From a virus (Duplodnaviria; Heunggongvirae; Uroviricota; Caudoviricetes): DNA of 64,000 nt. Every line of letters starts with the position of its first letter. Position 1 is the stretch's first letter. Shown here in pieces: positions 47,531-58,645 of this stretch. The notes below the pieces were generated by a model. That model did no database searches, was not told where the DNA came from, and saw only the letters and a program-made list of their open reading frames with translations. A program made the position numbers and the translations under genes. Where the stretch lies: positions 15,019 to 79,018 of the IMG/VR virus record IMGVR_UViG_3300001525_000208. One strand, given 5' to 3'.

Positions 47531-47920
47531 TCATACAGTTTTACTTATTTGTTTGATTTTTTGAATATATTTTGGATCAGAAGCATATCTTATTCTTTTT
47601 AAAAAAGATAAATAATGTTCTCCTACTTTATATCGAGATTGTATTTTATTCTTATAGAATAAAATAGAGTAACTCCAATGTCGGAATGTGTATAATCCGT
47701 TTTTATGTTTTAATCCAAATAAATTATTATGATTTTTAGTTTTTAAACCACTCTCTTGAATGGCTTGAGCTACTACATAATTAGTATGACTTATGTTATG
47801 ATAATTACATACTAATATGATATTCTCTTTAGTAGGAGTTAAATGTTCGAATTGTTTCTGAGCTTTTAATTGTATACATAATATACAACAAATACAAAGT
47901 AATAATTTTTTTAACTCCAT
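47531..47920 (-). CDS. GH73-like N-acetylglucosaminidase with an N-terminal signal/SAR-like segment
   Basis: Hydrophobic N-terminus LLLCICCILCIQLKA. AQAIQESGLKT...NLFGLK glucosaminidase motif. Confidence 0.55.
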   Translation of the reverse strand: MELKKLLLCICCILCIQLKAQKQFEHLTPTKENIILVCNYHNISHTNYVVAQAIQESGLKTKNHNNLFGLKHKNGLYTFRHWSYSILFYKNKIQSRYKVGEHYLSFLKRIRYASDPKYIQKIKQISKTV

Positions 47921-47930
47921 AAATTAATTT

Positions 47931-48506
47931 TTAATAGTTTACATTTAAAGCATCAGGTACTTCAGGTTGAATTTTAGATAAAATATCTAAATTTTTATTT
48001 AAATCTTGTTGAGATTGTTTAAACGAAGGTGTTTCGGATACATCAGAAATTGATCTACGATAACTAGGTCCGTTCATTATACCTGATAATCTATTTACAT
48101 AATTATCATAAGTATCTGTATAATAATTACCTTTCTTTAAATTTCTTGCTAAAGAATCAGATGTAATAGTAGGAATTTCATGAACTTTATATTTATTTAT
48201 TAATAAATCAACAAAACCTTTAACTCCATCATCAAAAGTTTTGAAATTTTTAAATCCTCTTTTTACTTTTGTTCTAACTCCGTTTATAAGTTCATGAGTA
48301 GTTACAGAAGTTCCGTTATCATCTTTAATACCATAGTAATTATAATCTCCTGATTTACTAGTCCCCCATCCCGACTCTAATAAAGCTACACTCGTTAAAC
48401 CTTTAACTAAAGCGAAATTATTTATTTTATATTTATTTGCTAAGTAATCTCTGATTTTCTCAGTTATCATTTTAGCAAATTGAGATTTATTAAAAGTCAT
48501 AATCAA
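47931..48506 (-). CDS. GH73-like N-acetylglucosaminidase (second copy)
   Basis: ALLESGWGTSKSG...NYYGIK glucosaminidase motif. Confidence 0.55.
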   Translation of the reverse strand: MIMTFNKSQFAKMITEKIRDYLANKYKINNFALVKGLTSVALLESGWGTSKSGDYNYYGIKDDNGTSVTTHELINGVRTKVKRGFKNFKTFDDGVKGFVDLLINKYKVHEIPTITSDSLARNLKKGNYYTDTYDNYVNRLSGIMNGPSYRRSISDVSETPSFKQSQQDLNKNLDILSKIQPEVPDALNVNY

Positions 48507-48788
48507 AAATATAATTTAGATAATATCCAATACCCAACTTTTAAATACCAAGGATTCTTATTAATATCTACATCCTTAGTATGACTTCTAAATAAATGAA
48601 GATTGTATAACAAATTATGTCCTCTCCATTCATTTATCATAGTATCTTTATCTAATTGATTAATTACATAATCAGATTGAGGATAGTTATACTTTATTAC
48701 AGATAATACAAAACTCATATCTGCTTTACTTTTAATCAGATAAGAATCATATATTGTAATATTATCTTTAGTTACTTTATAATTTAAA

Positions 48789-49394
48789 TTAGGAATTGAT
48801 TTCATTTAAATACTTAATTATTCCATTATAATGAATATCTACTATAGTTTGCTTACCTTTATCTGATAATAAAAATTCTACATCTTCCTTATTATCTTGA
48901 AAAAGATTTTCAGTAAGTACAGTAGGACAATTAGTATCTCTACACATAGCAAGGTTTTGAGTCCAGTATTTTTCTTTTGGAACTGAACGATTACCTTGTA
49001 AATTTGATTTTTCTGCTTCTAAATAAATAAATTTTGCTAATTTTTTAGAATTATTGGAAGCATTTAAAGATACAAATACTTGCCAGCCACTTGCAGAATG
49101 CCATTTTCCATCAGCACCTGCTGCATTATTATGTATTGAAATAGCTATAGCTTTTTTATTATTATCTTTATAAACTTTATTAATACGTCTACATCTTTCT
49201 TTTAAAGATATATCAGTATCTACTTCGGGAGTTACAATAAATACATTATAACCATTACCTTTTAATTTTAAAGATAATAATTTTACTATTTCTCTAGCAC
49301 AAGCATACTCTTTTAATTTTTTATCAGGAGAACATTTTCCTGGAGTTGAAGAAGCATGTCCATTATCTAGACATATAATATAATCAGACTTCAT
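48789..49394 (-). CDS. N-acetylmuramoyl-L-alanine amidase (Amidase_3)
   Basis: ICLDNGHASSTPG, ISIHNNA and E...S motifs of MurNAc-LAA. Confidence 0.75.
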   Translation of the reverse strand: MKSDYIICLDNGHASSTPGKCSPDKKLKEYACAREIVKLLSLKLKGNGYNVFIVTPEVDTDISLKERCRRINKVYKDNNKKAIAISIHNNAAGADGKWHSASGWQVFVSLNASNNSKKLAKFIYLEAEKSNLQGNRSVPKEKYWTQNLAMCRDTNCPTVLTENLFQDNKEDVEFLLSDKGKQTIVDIHYNGIIKYLNEINS

Positions 49395-49712
49395 TTAAAA
49401 ATGATTTTATTTTTTCTTGTATTTCTTTTGATTGTAGTTTAAGCCATTTATTAGCATTATCTAAATTAGATACTTCTTTATAATATAGATAATCAATAAT
49501 ATTGTTATCTGAAATATCTTCATGATCTAAATAAAAATCAATAGGATCAATTTCATTTAATATAGGAGGTTCCCAATTATGAAGAATTTTTTAAAGTTTG
49601 TTTATTTAGTAGTATTCCCATTATTAAATAAATTTGTTAGAGGTATAGATAAAGAAAATGGGTATAAAGTTCGTCTTTATAATTTTTACTCATATACATA
49701 TATTAAAATTAG

Positions 49713-49785
49713 AGCTTCTACTCAGATTCGAACTGAGAACAACTTCATTACAAATGAAGAACTCTACCAATTGAGCTATAGAAGC
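49713..49785 (-). tRNA. tRNA-Thr (anticodon UGU)
   Basis: Manual fold: acceptor GCTTCTA/TAGAAGC, D-arm GCTC..GAGT, anticodon stem CTTCA/TGAAG with loop TTTGTAA, T-arm CTCAG-TTCGAAT-CTGAG. Confidence 0.8.
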
Positions 49786-49964
49786 AGAAAAGTATATTAA
49801 ATAAATTTAATTTCCATCATTTATAAAATATACTTTTATAATCAATAATTGACTAGTTTGTGTATTTCCGTAATACTCAGTTTTCTTTCTGAGAACGACT
49901 TTTGTAACGGACAAAAGAATAACAGCTTATACAATCTTTTAATTCCTTAATAAGAAGGAATGGA

Positions 49965-50037
49965 AATGTGGGCCTGGGGAATATTGAAATCCCGATCTTC
50001 GGTTTATGAGACCGCTGCTTTAACCTCTAAGCTACAA
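49965..50037 (-). tRNA. tRNA-Met/Ile2 (anticodon CAU)
   Basis: Acceptor GGGCTTG/CAGGCCC, anticodon loop CTCATAA, T-loop TTCAATA. One mismatch in the anticodon stem. Confidence 0.7.
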
Positions 50038-53000
50038 GCCCTATGATTTATATTACAAGCATTTATAAGCTTGTTCTATAAATCTATCAATGTATTTATC
50101 ATTATAAAAACAATCTATATTATATCTAAATTGTACTTTTCTTCCAACTTTATATTTAGATTGAATATAATTAAATACTTTTTGACCTTTTCTCCAATTA
50201 TCAGGGAGAGTTTTTATATTTTTAAAAATATCTCCTCTAAATTCTTCAAATGTCATAAAATGTGTTGATTTTATTGTCTTTATAATCTCTTACTATCGTA
50301 GAAGATTTTCTTGGAAAATGTTTAATATAATTTTCATAAGATTGTGCAAAACTAAAATTGGTAATAAACGCACATAATAAAAATATATATCTAAACATTA
50401 TAAATCTTTATTTAAAATTATCTTAAATCTTTTTAAATTGAGCATAAGTATGATTTAAAATAACAGGTTTATTATTTTGAGGATTTAATTCCTTAGTTCC
50501 ATCAGGATTAAGAATTTGAATCTTACAAAAAGAACATCTTTTTTCAACAATAATACCGTGTTTTCCTAAATCATTCTTATGCGTATGAGTAATTACTACT
50601 TCATCTCCTTCTTTATATAGAGTACGTAGTTTCATATTCTGTTATTTGTTTTTTAATATTTTCAATTAAAACATCTAATTGTTTTTTTCTCTCTTCTTTA
50701 TCTTGAATACAAGAAAGTTTAAAACAAGGTCTACTATAATTTTTAAATTGAAATTTTATAGGAATATTTTCCTCAGAGCCATAATAATCTAAAATTACTT
50801 TAGCTATTATAGCTTCCATATTTTTCTTTTTAAGTTTCATTTAAAAAATAAAATTTTAAAATCAATTTTGCAATTCTTTATCTAAAGATGGAATATAACA
50901 CGGAACAGCTAATATATCTTTAATTTTTAGTTCTGTTTCATATTCATCAACATCTGTACTTAATAATTGATCACAATCATCATAAATTCTATATTCTTCA
51001 TAATGACAAGTATTATAAGCTGTAATTAATATATTATTATAATACAATAGAAAGTTTTGTTGCCAAGTATGTGAATCTAATGCAATACAATTAAAATCTA
51101 ATATAACAGCTTTAATAATAGAGTTATTATTAGATATATTAATTATATCATATTGTTTATAATCATTCATAATTTTTAAATTCTTCAATATTATTAATAA
51201 CTATAGGTTGCCCATCTAAGAATAGAAAATAATCTGCTAGGGTATCTACATAATAAGTAGGGCCTGAGGACATTGTGACAGAATCATCTATTATTTTTGT
51301 AATAAGTACTATTCTATTACCAACTTTATCTCTCAAATACCCAAAACAATCATGCTTCTTAGCTTCTTTAATAAACTCTGAAGTTTTACATACTTTCTTT
51401 GTGTATTTGATTCTAAGAGGAATTTTGAATTCAACACATTCTTTTATTCTTTCAGGATCAGTAGTTTGTTTATAATTATTGGTTGTATTATCCCAATATT
51501 CTACTTTTTTATTCTTAAGTAATGCATCAAAGCATTTAATAATAATATCTTGTTTAGTCATATTTATTCAATATAATCATCAGTAGTACCAATTAATTTA
51601 GCTGTTTTTTCATTGTAAGGGAGACAATAAGTATACCAACCATTAATAGTAGTATAAGGAGCTTCTTTGCAAGATTTATCTTTATAACTAAAGAAATCAA
51701 TAGTCCAAGTATCAAGTTTATTATCTCTTACAACAACCTTGTCAAAAGGTTTAAAATGGTATTTTTCTTTCTTTTTAAGACTAAAGTTGTCCCAGTTTCT
51801 TACTTCTTTTGAAGGGAAGAGAAGACATTCTCCATTTATGTTATATTGGCCATAACTATTAAATGTAAAAAATCCTATTTCTTCATCAACAAAAACAGTT
51901 AGATCTCCATTATCTAAAATTCTACTCAAATATACGTCACCACAGAGAGGGCTATAAAGTTTGAATCCTTCACGTAAGAAAGCTTGATAATATCCTTGAG
52001 TTGCATCTTTGAGTAAATCTGCTATATTATTCATATGTCACTGTTTTTAAGTTATATTCTATGTTATTGAATTCTCCTTCTGTAGTATCAGAGATTTCTT
52101 TACCATCACCATCTTTATAAAATCTTTCAAAAGCTTCTGTAGGACTTGTAGCATCTATTTCATATACTCTAGTCCTAGTAAGATGTTCTATTTGTGTTAT
52201 TTGATATGTTTTCATAAGGATTTCAATAAAAAACAAATCATAAAGTATATAAATACTAGAGTAAATACATACTAAATGATAGGTTACAATTATAAAACCA
52301 AACAAAAATGTCTATTATTCTACTAGTTTACCAAAAGGAGTATTATCAGCAAATTGAAATGAATCTAATGCTTCTTTAAAAGTATAAGCTAGATGTTCAT
52401 CAGGATAAGCATCTAGCATAAGTTCATCTTCAGCTACTGATATAATAGGTTGTTTAATACCTTGTTTAGTGAATGTAATCCAACTAAAAGGTTGATGTTT
52501 GAGCATTTCTTCCCAACATTCTTCTTTAGTTTCAAAAGAAACATATTTAGGTTCAGGTTTTACTCTGAAAGTAATATCTGCTTCCATAAAGGTTTGAATG
52601 TCTACAATTTTAAGTTCATCTAGGTCTATCCAAGCCCCTGTATCATAGACACCATTATCTTTATATTGAATAGTTTTACCTTCTGAATATGCTTTAAGAA
52701 TAGGAAGTATGTCTTTAATTTGATTTGATGTCATAATTTAAAAATAAATACGTTTATACTTTATATTACCACATTTTGTACATTGAAGGAGAAATCCTTT
52801 AGCACATTGCTCATGAGTTTTATCGTACAAAGGAACTTCATTTAATAAAGTCCAATGATGACGATGAAATAATAAATCGTAAATTCTAGTAAACATATCT
52901 AAACATAATTAAAATCTAATAAAATGAGGAAACCTTGTTAATGTCTTATTTTACATCTCATTGAGAAAACCTCTTTGTCTACATATTACTATGTAGTTCT

Positions 53001-53310
53001 GCTTATTTGTTTTACTGTGGATTCTAAAAGCATTTTCTTATGTAACATCGTCCTATTTTATATAGGATTAAAGATATACAGCCACAAACTCTATTAAAAG
53101 AGATAGTATAATTAAAATTATGAAGAAGATTAAAATAATAAAAGAGAGTGTATAAAATAGTTTAATGTTTCATCACTATTAATACACTCTCTTGTCGTAA
53201 TTAAATTACCTGTACTGCTGCTTGGTCACAGTCCTACCACCCTTCGTATATCTTGTTGCACAAGGGCGAAAAAGTCACCAATTTGTAGATTATTGGGAAC
53301 TGAAACATAG

Positions 53311-53384
53311 TGACTCCGACGAGATTCAAACTCGTGACAAATAATTTAGAAGATTATTGCTCTATTCAGCTGAGCTACGGAGTC
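53311..53384 (-). tRNA. tRNA-Arg (anticodon UCU)
   Basis: Acceptor GACTCCG/CGGAGTC, D-arm TAGCTCAGCTGAATAGAGC, anticodon stem ATAAT/ATTAT with loop CTTCTAA, T-arm CGAGTTTGAATCTCG. Confidence 0.8.
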
Positions 53385-53534
53385 ATATTTACAATAATAA
53401 TATTTATATTATAAATAAAAAAGAGTAGTTATAAAACTACTCTTTTCACTTATAAATTAAGTCTTACTTGAACCATATAAATAATTCATTTTAAAATATA
53501 ATTTTAAGTTAAACAATTTATTAAGTAAGACTTT

Positions 53535-54092
53535 TTACCAAGTATAATTAGGATCACATAATACTAAATATTTGCTATAATTATAATCTTCATTACCAAG
53601 TCTTACATTATGACCATTGATGTTTTCTATTTTAGCATCAGGCATATAAGGACTATAATCATAATGTCTATATGTAGTATATGTAATATCCCATAAAACT
53701 TGATAACGATATTTATAATCACTTTTTAAATCTCCTTTTAAATTCTTTTTGGGAATTTTACAAAGAAGATAAGGTTCATCCCAAGATAACCAAAGCATAT
53801 ACTCATGATAAATCAATCTTGCATAATAGAACTCATTATCTTCAAATAAAGTTATTTCCCATAATTGGCTAACTCCAACAGGCCACCCTGTGGGTCCAAC
53901 TTCGACATCAAATCCAGTTTTTGCTTCACTTAATACTAGATTAGCATTTGGAATATTAATGTCATGATCTAGGTTGGTAATATTAAAATCTAGATTTTTC
54001 TTACTAAACACTCGATGTTGAAATCGAAAGATACTCCAACTAATAAATACGACAATTATTAGTCCTAAGAGAATACTTATAAAATATATCAT
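53535..54092 (-). CDS. Hypothetical membrane-anchored protein
   Basis: N-terminal TM segment MIYFISILLGLIIVVFISWSIF. Confidence 0.4.
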   Translation of the reverse strand: MIYFISILLGLIIVVFISWSIFRFQHRVFSKKNLDFNITNLDHDINIPNANLVLSEAKTGFDVEVGPTGWPVGVSQLWEITLFEDNEFYYARLIYHEYMLWLSWDEPYLLCKIPKKNLKGDLKSDYKYRYQVLWDITYTTYRHYDYSPYMPDAKIENINGHNVRLGNEDYNYSKYLVLCDPNYTW

Positions 54093-54109
54093 ACAGATTA
54101 ATTATTGGT

Positions 54110-54260
54110 TACAATTAAAACCCTACTAGTTTGACTAAAAAGTCAGGGACTAGTAGGAAAAAGAACAACGTTGTTGCTGTATAGAGAGTCGAACTCTATA
54201 ATTGACCATCACAGCAAGAATATTCTCCATTTGAGAATATTCTGATTAATTAATTACTAA
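54110..54260. repeat. Cluster of perfect palindromes and hairpins in a non-coding region
   Basis: - cctactagt...actagtagg, with a nested tgact-aaaa-agtca (54122-54157)
- 12-bp palindrome aacaacgttgtt (54164-54175)
- tatagag-agtcgaa-ctctata inside gctgt...acagc (54176-54215)
- an 11-bp stem agaatattctc...gagaatattct (54216-54245). Confidence 0.6.
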
Positions 54261-54383
54261 TTAATAGGAATCATACAACTAGGAGTAAGTAAAGTTGTTG
54301 ATGCCAATAAGTTACTAATTGCTTTTAAAATTCTTTTCATAATCTAATATATTTTAGTTAATAATAAGTTATCTTTAGAATTG

Positions 54384-54470
54384 TAGCTCGAACGGGACTC
54401 GAACCCGTAAGTTCTTTTCAGAACAGTAGATTTTCATAAGAGTTTCACATCTCTCTTGGACTATGTCTTC
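54384..54470 (-). tRNA. tRNA-like element or fragment. It has a canonical T-arm and acceptor 3' half plus a variable-arm-like hairpin, but no convincing 5' half or anticodon arm.
   Basis: Minus strand has ACGGG-TTCGAGT-CCCGT followed by TCGAGCT, preceded by GTTC-TGAAAA-GAAC. No matching 5' acceptor strand was found within 150 nt. Confidence 0.3.
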
Positions 54471-54582
54471 TCCTTATTATTTATAACTTAGGAGGTTGGT
54501 ATATAGTCTCTACACATTTATGTAATAAAATTACAATTTAGCTCGGCGTTATTATCATTTTAAGGCTGATACCTTCACCGAA

Positions 54583-54873
54583 TTAGCCAACTTCTACATC
54601 AGAGATTTCTCCCTGTGTACTCATACCTATATTTTTACCTCTATAATTATCCGTAAAAGCATGACAATTAGGACATAATACTTGAAGATTACAAAGCCTT
54701 AAATCATCCTTAATACCATTTATATGATGTAACTCTAATTTAATAGGCTTTTCTAACCATTCAGTTCTTCCACAACACTCACATTTATATTCTTTTACAT
54801 TTTCTTTTAGTAATCTTTCACGAAGATGATTAGTGTTTATAAATGTAGAATGTTCTACTAAGATTTCAGACAA
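54583..54873 (-). CDS. HNH endonuclease (free-standing)
   Basis: Two CxxC pairs and ELHHINGIKDDLRLCNLQVLCPNCH. Confidence 0.65.
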   Translation of the reverse strand: MSEILVEHSTFINTNHLRERLLKENVKEYKCECCGRTEWLEKPIKLELHHINGIKDDLRLCNLQVLCPNCHAFTDNYRGKNIGMSTQGEISDVEVG

Positions 54874-55435
54874 AGGTTGTTTTTGTTTAATTTGTCTATA
54901 TCTTTTTCCCTAATTCCATACTTTTCCAGTCATATGAGAGGTATCTAAATTTAATTCATCAATTTTTCGTTTTATAGTATCATAGTTACTTCCTGCAACT
55001 TTAAGTCCTATTTTTCGTAGAACTTTTGCATAAGATAAGCTAGTTTTTACTGCTTCAATAAATTGAATATATCAAATTAAATTTAGGTGAATTTATTTTC
55101 TTCAAAGTCTACTGCGTTTACCTATTTCGCCATCGAGCCGATAACTAGTTTATTTTATTCCTAAACTAGTAAAAGAATACTTTTTAATCTTCACATACAA
55201 CTACTGAATCTGTATTAATAGAATCAGAATCAACTACAGTAGAATCTTGTTCAGAAGATGATTCTACATGTTTGTTACAACTAATAAATGAAGTACTAAA
55301 AAGTACTGCAAATACAAAAATAAGCTTTTTCATATTAAATATATTTTTAATTATTAATATTCAAATTAAAAATTACTCTATTCTCACGAACCAAGTAATT
55401 CAAGTTATCAAACGTTATTTCACATAATATAATTG

Positions 55436-55517
55436 TTGGAATAATAGGAATCGAACCTATATTATCTGGCCCAAAATCAGATGTAATAACCATTATACTA
55501 TATTCCAGTTTGTAGAA
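55436..55517 (-). tRNA. tRNA-Gln (anticodon UUG)
   Basis: Acceptor TGGAATA/TATTCCA (U1-A72, as in bacterial tRNA-Gln). Anticodon loop TTTTGGG with a 4-bp stem plus A.C. T-arm ATAGG-TTCGATT-CCTAT. Confidence 0.65.
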
Positions 55518-55582
55518 CCGATATTCACATATGAGTTCTACTTCAACTATAATCACTTAAAACATTTAACGAACTATGCTTG

Positions 55583-55656
55583 CGCTTTAGGTAGGATTCG
55601 AACCTGCGACCCTCTGATTAACAGTCAGATGCTCTAACCAACTGAGCTACTAAAGC
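55583..55656 (-). tRNA. tRNA-Asn (anticodon GUU)
   Basis: Acceptor GCTTTAG/CTAAAGC, D-arm TAGCTCAGTTGGTTAGAGC, anticodon stem TCTGA/TCAGA with loop CTGTTAA, T-loop TTCGAAT. Confidence 0.8.
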
Positions 55657-56990
55657 TTAGATAATATTTTATTAATATTATCATTTTAATTACTAATACT
55701 GTTTATAAATATACTCTTTATTTTTTTAATTACAAAAATGCTTAACTGTTAAATGATTTTAAGAGCTAATTATGATTTTTGTAATGTTGAGTTTACAATC
55801 CAAGATACTATAAATACAGATTCAATTTTCGGATTTAATTCGTGAATATTAAAACCCCTTTCTTTAATATCATTAATAATATTATCTTTAGAATCTAATA
55901 AATCGGGTGTAAGTTCTACTAAACAATAAGATTTATTATTTCTTGCTTTATTAGTGATTATATTATTTAAATCTTTAATAAAATCACTAATCCGTTTGTC
56001 TAAGGATTCCAATTTTCCTGTAATTGAAAGTAATCTTGCATCTTCACTTGTAATTGGTTTTTGTTTCGGTGAAATAATTGTTTTTAAAATATCTGTCATG
56101 GTTTGTAAATTTTATAACCTTTCTTTAATAAATAATTAATACAATATGATTCTTCATTGAATACTAATTCAGTATTAGTAGAATTACGTTTTCTAGCATA
56201 ACATTGTTTAGTTTTCTCATTTTTGTATTCTTTAATTTGAGTCATTAAATTTGCGATTTTTTCTTGGAGAATATTAGTTGGACTAAAATAATACTCTCTT
56301 TTATCTCTAATTATAGAATTAGTATTAATTAATTTTTGAAGAAGTGCTAATCCGTTAGGATATTGTTTGAATTCTTTTTCAAGTTCGTAACGTAAAAATC
56401 TACGACCTTTACTTGCTAATCTGAAAGAATTAATTTCTATTGTAATATCTGAAATTGTCATTGTTGTTTGAATTTTATCTTGTTATTAAATAAGGTATTC
56501 TCTAAGATACTTATTTTACTAAGCACTTAAAGAATACCGAGCCTTTAGTATATTCCACCTAAAGGGAGATTTCTACATTAAAGATTGATATAATATGTTG
56601 AATTTCATGCATATAGTGAATGTCAGCAATGAAGACTGATAAGCTTCCAAAACCTGTAATAATTTCTAGATATACACCAATGCAATCACTTTCCATGTTC
56701 AAACGAATTCTTCTATTATCATCAATATATTTAACAATATTCTTAATATACTGATTTTCTTTATGTTTATAGAAGTGATTTGATTTGAGATGTTTTTTGA
56801 AGATTTCACATGGTTTTATTTCTTCTAAAGGTACAGTTAATGTATCTTCATCTTGAAATTGAATCTTAGCGAAAGTTTCACTTACACCAAGAATAATTAC
56901 TACATCATGGTGATAAGTTACAATGTCGTTGATTTTGAGATCTGTTGCTTTCATTTTGTTGTTGTTTTAGTGAGTGAATAAATGGATTTG

Positions 56991-57062
56991 TCCTCATAAT
57001 AGGAATCGAACCTATAACTATATCTTATAAATGATTTGTTTTACCAATTAAACTATATGAGG
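56991..57062 (-). tRNA. tRNA-like gene with a degenerate anticodon arm (possibly Ile-UAU; the loop contains TTTATAA)
   Basis: Perfect acceptor CCTCATA/TATGAGG, D-stem GTTT/AAAC, and T-arm ATAGG-TTCGATT-CCTAT. The 17-nt anticodon-arm segment AATCATTTATAAGATAT cannot form a 5-bp stem. Confidence 0.45.
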
Positions 57063-57636
57063 TTGTTTTAGTGCAATAAAAGTATCTATTCTCACGAACC
57101 AATACTTTTGGATGAAAAATCGTTTCATCTGATTAAATTCAATAACTCACTAAAACGTAATTAATTCTATTTGTCTGAGTAAAGCTCTTTGAGCCTTAAT
57201 CTCTTTTCTAAAGAAATCATACACTCTTTTTCTTTTATCAGTTCTTAAGTCTGAGAGTGTAGATTTATTGAGAATTCTCCCATTTCTGTTCATACAAACA
57301 GTATAAAGGGAGATGAGTTTATGCAGTTCTTCAATGCCATTAAATTCTTGGCAAGGAAAATACATATTTCTGCATACTTTGATGTTCTTTTTAACTGCTT
57401 CTTTTGAAGCTTCAGCTAAAGAAGAATATTGTTGATTATCTCTTGTGAGAGTGTTGTCTTGGATGAAGTATATGTAATACATAGTTGTTATTGATTTAAT
57501 TGTGATTCATAATTTTCAATTAGTTTAAGATCTTCGTGATTAGTCATCTGATAACCTACAAAAAAGCTAAGAAGACAAAGACAAATTACTAAAAGTGGAA
57601 TATTACGTTTCATTGTTGTGAATGGTTATTAAAAAG

Positions 57637-57720
57637 TACCTCTAATGGGATTTGAACCCATACTTCCTTATGGAAATAGCATTTTAAGTGCTACGTGTCT
57701 ACCACTTCCACCATAGAGGC
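57637..57720 (-). tRNA. tRNA-Leu (anticodon UAA), type II
   Basis: Acceptor GCCTCTA/TAGAGGT, anticodon stem TAGCA/TGCTA with loop CTTAAAA, long variable arm TTTCCATAAGGAAGT, T-arm ATGGG-TTCAAAT-CCCAT. Confidence 0.8.
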
Positions 57721-58645
57721 TTTGTTAATTATTATTGTTTGTTCTTTTTATCTTGAGTGTAACAAATAGTCATTAATAAACAACCATTTGTAAATGTTGA
57801 TAATGCTAATCCTACTACAAATGCAATAGTACAAGGGTCATTGTTTAAAAGACCTATACAAGTACAAATAAGTAGAACTAAAGTACAGCAACAAGAGAAA
57901 ATTAATGATTTCATTTTGTTTGGTTTTATATAACTGAGGTTTTAGATATTATTTTCATACCAATCTGCTACAGTGTCAAATTCTTCTTCTGTAAGGTCTG
58001 ATACTGTAGTATAGTAGTTACAAGCTGTTATGTATTTAGCTTGTGAGCAAGTGGACTCTATAATAGAATCCAATTTGTTAAGGCATTCTTGTTTTGTCAT
58101 TATCTTATACGATTTAATTTATACTATTGCGAGGTTTCACAGACACAGAGCCATTATCTATATGATAGTTTCTCTCTGTGTTTCGTCCAGTCTCATCAGT
58201 ATGAATTTTAACGTCTCCTGGATGACGATTTTTTACTTTTTAGCAAACAAGAAATGAACATTAATTTGATAGTTTGACCTTATACTAACTATTCAAGGTT
58301 TTGTTGATAAAATGGTTAATTCGTATTAAGTTGGGATAATTTTGGATTTGGTTGGTGTGGGTGATGGTTGTGTTGGGAGGGTGGTGATGAGCTGCTTCGT
58401 TCTTAACATATCACGAACGATACACCAATACACCTTTCCATCAATTAACCAATCTTCTCCACCACGAATACTCATCCATTTACCAGACTCAACATCTTTG
58501 TACAAACTGTCACCATACTTACGTACTTTGACAGTCTTAAGTCTTTCGTCAGGATGCATAATATGTATACATATTAAAATCTAAAAACTTAAGTTACTTC
58601 GAATGACTCGTTATAACCTAAATTTTTAGATTTTTTCAACATATA

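Noticed and set aside
49850-49960. Additional tRNA between tRNA-Thr and tRNA-Met
   Set aside because: Several hairpins are present (ctcag...ctgag, attcctt...aaggaat), but there is no T-loop-like TTCRANT and no cloverleaf. They are probably processing or spacer structures.
54385-54408. The acggg-actcgaa-cccgt hairpin as a plain terminator hairpin
   Set aside because: The sequence GGGACTCGAACCC is the reverse complement of a canonical tRNA T-arm, and it is followed by an acceptor-like 7-mer. It is therefore treated as a tRNA-like fragment.
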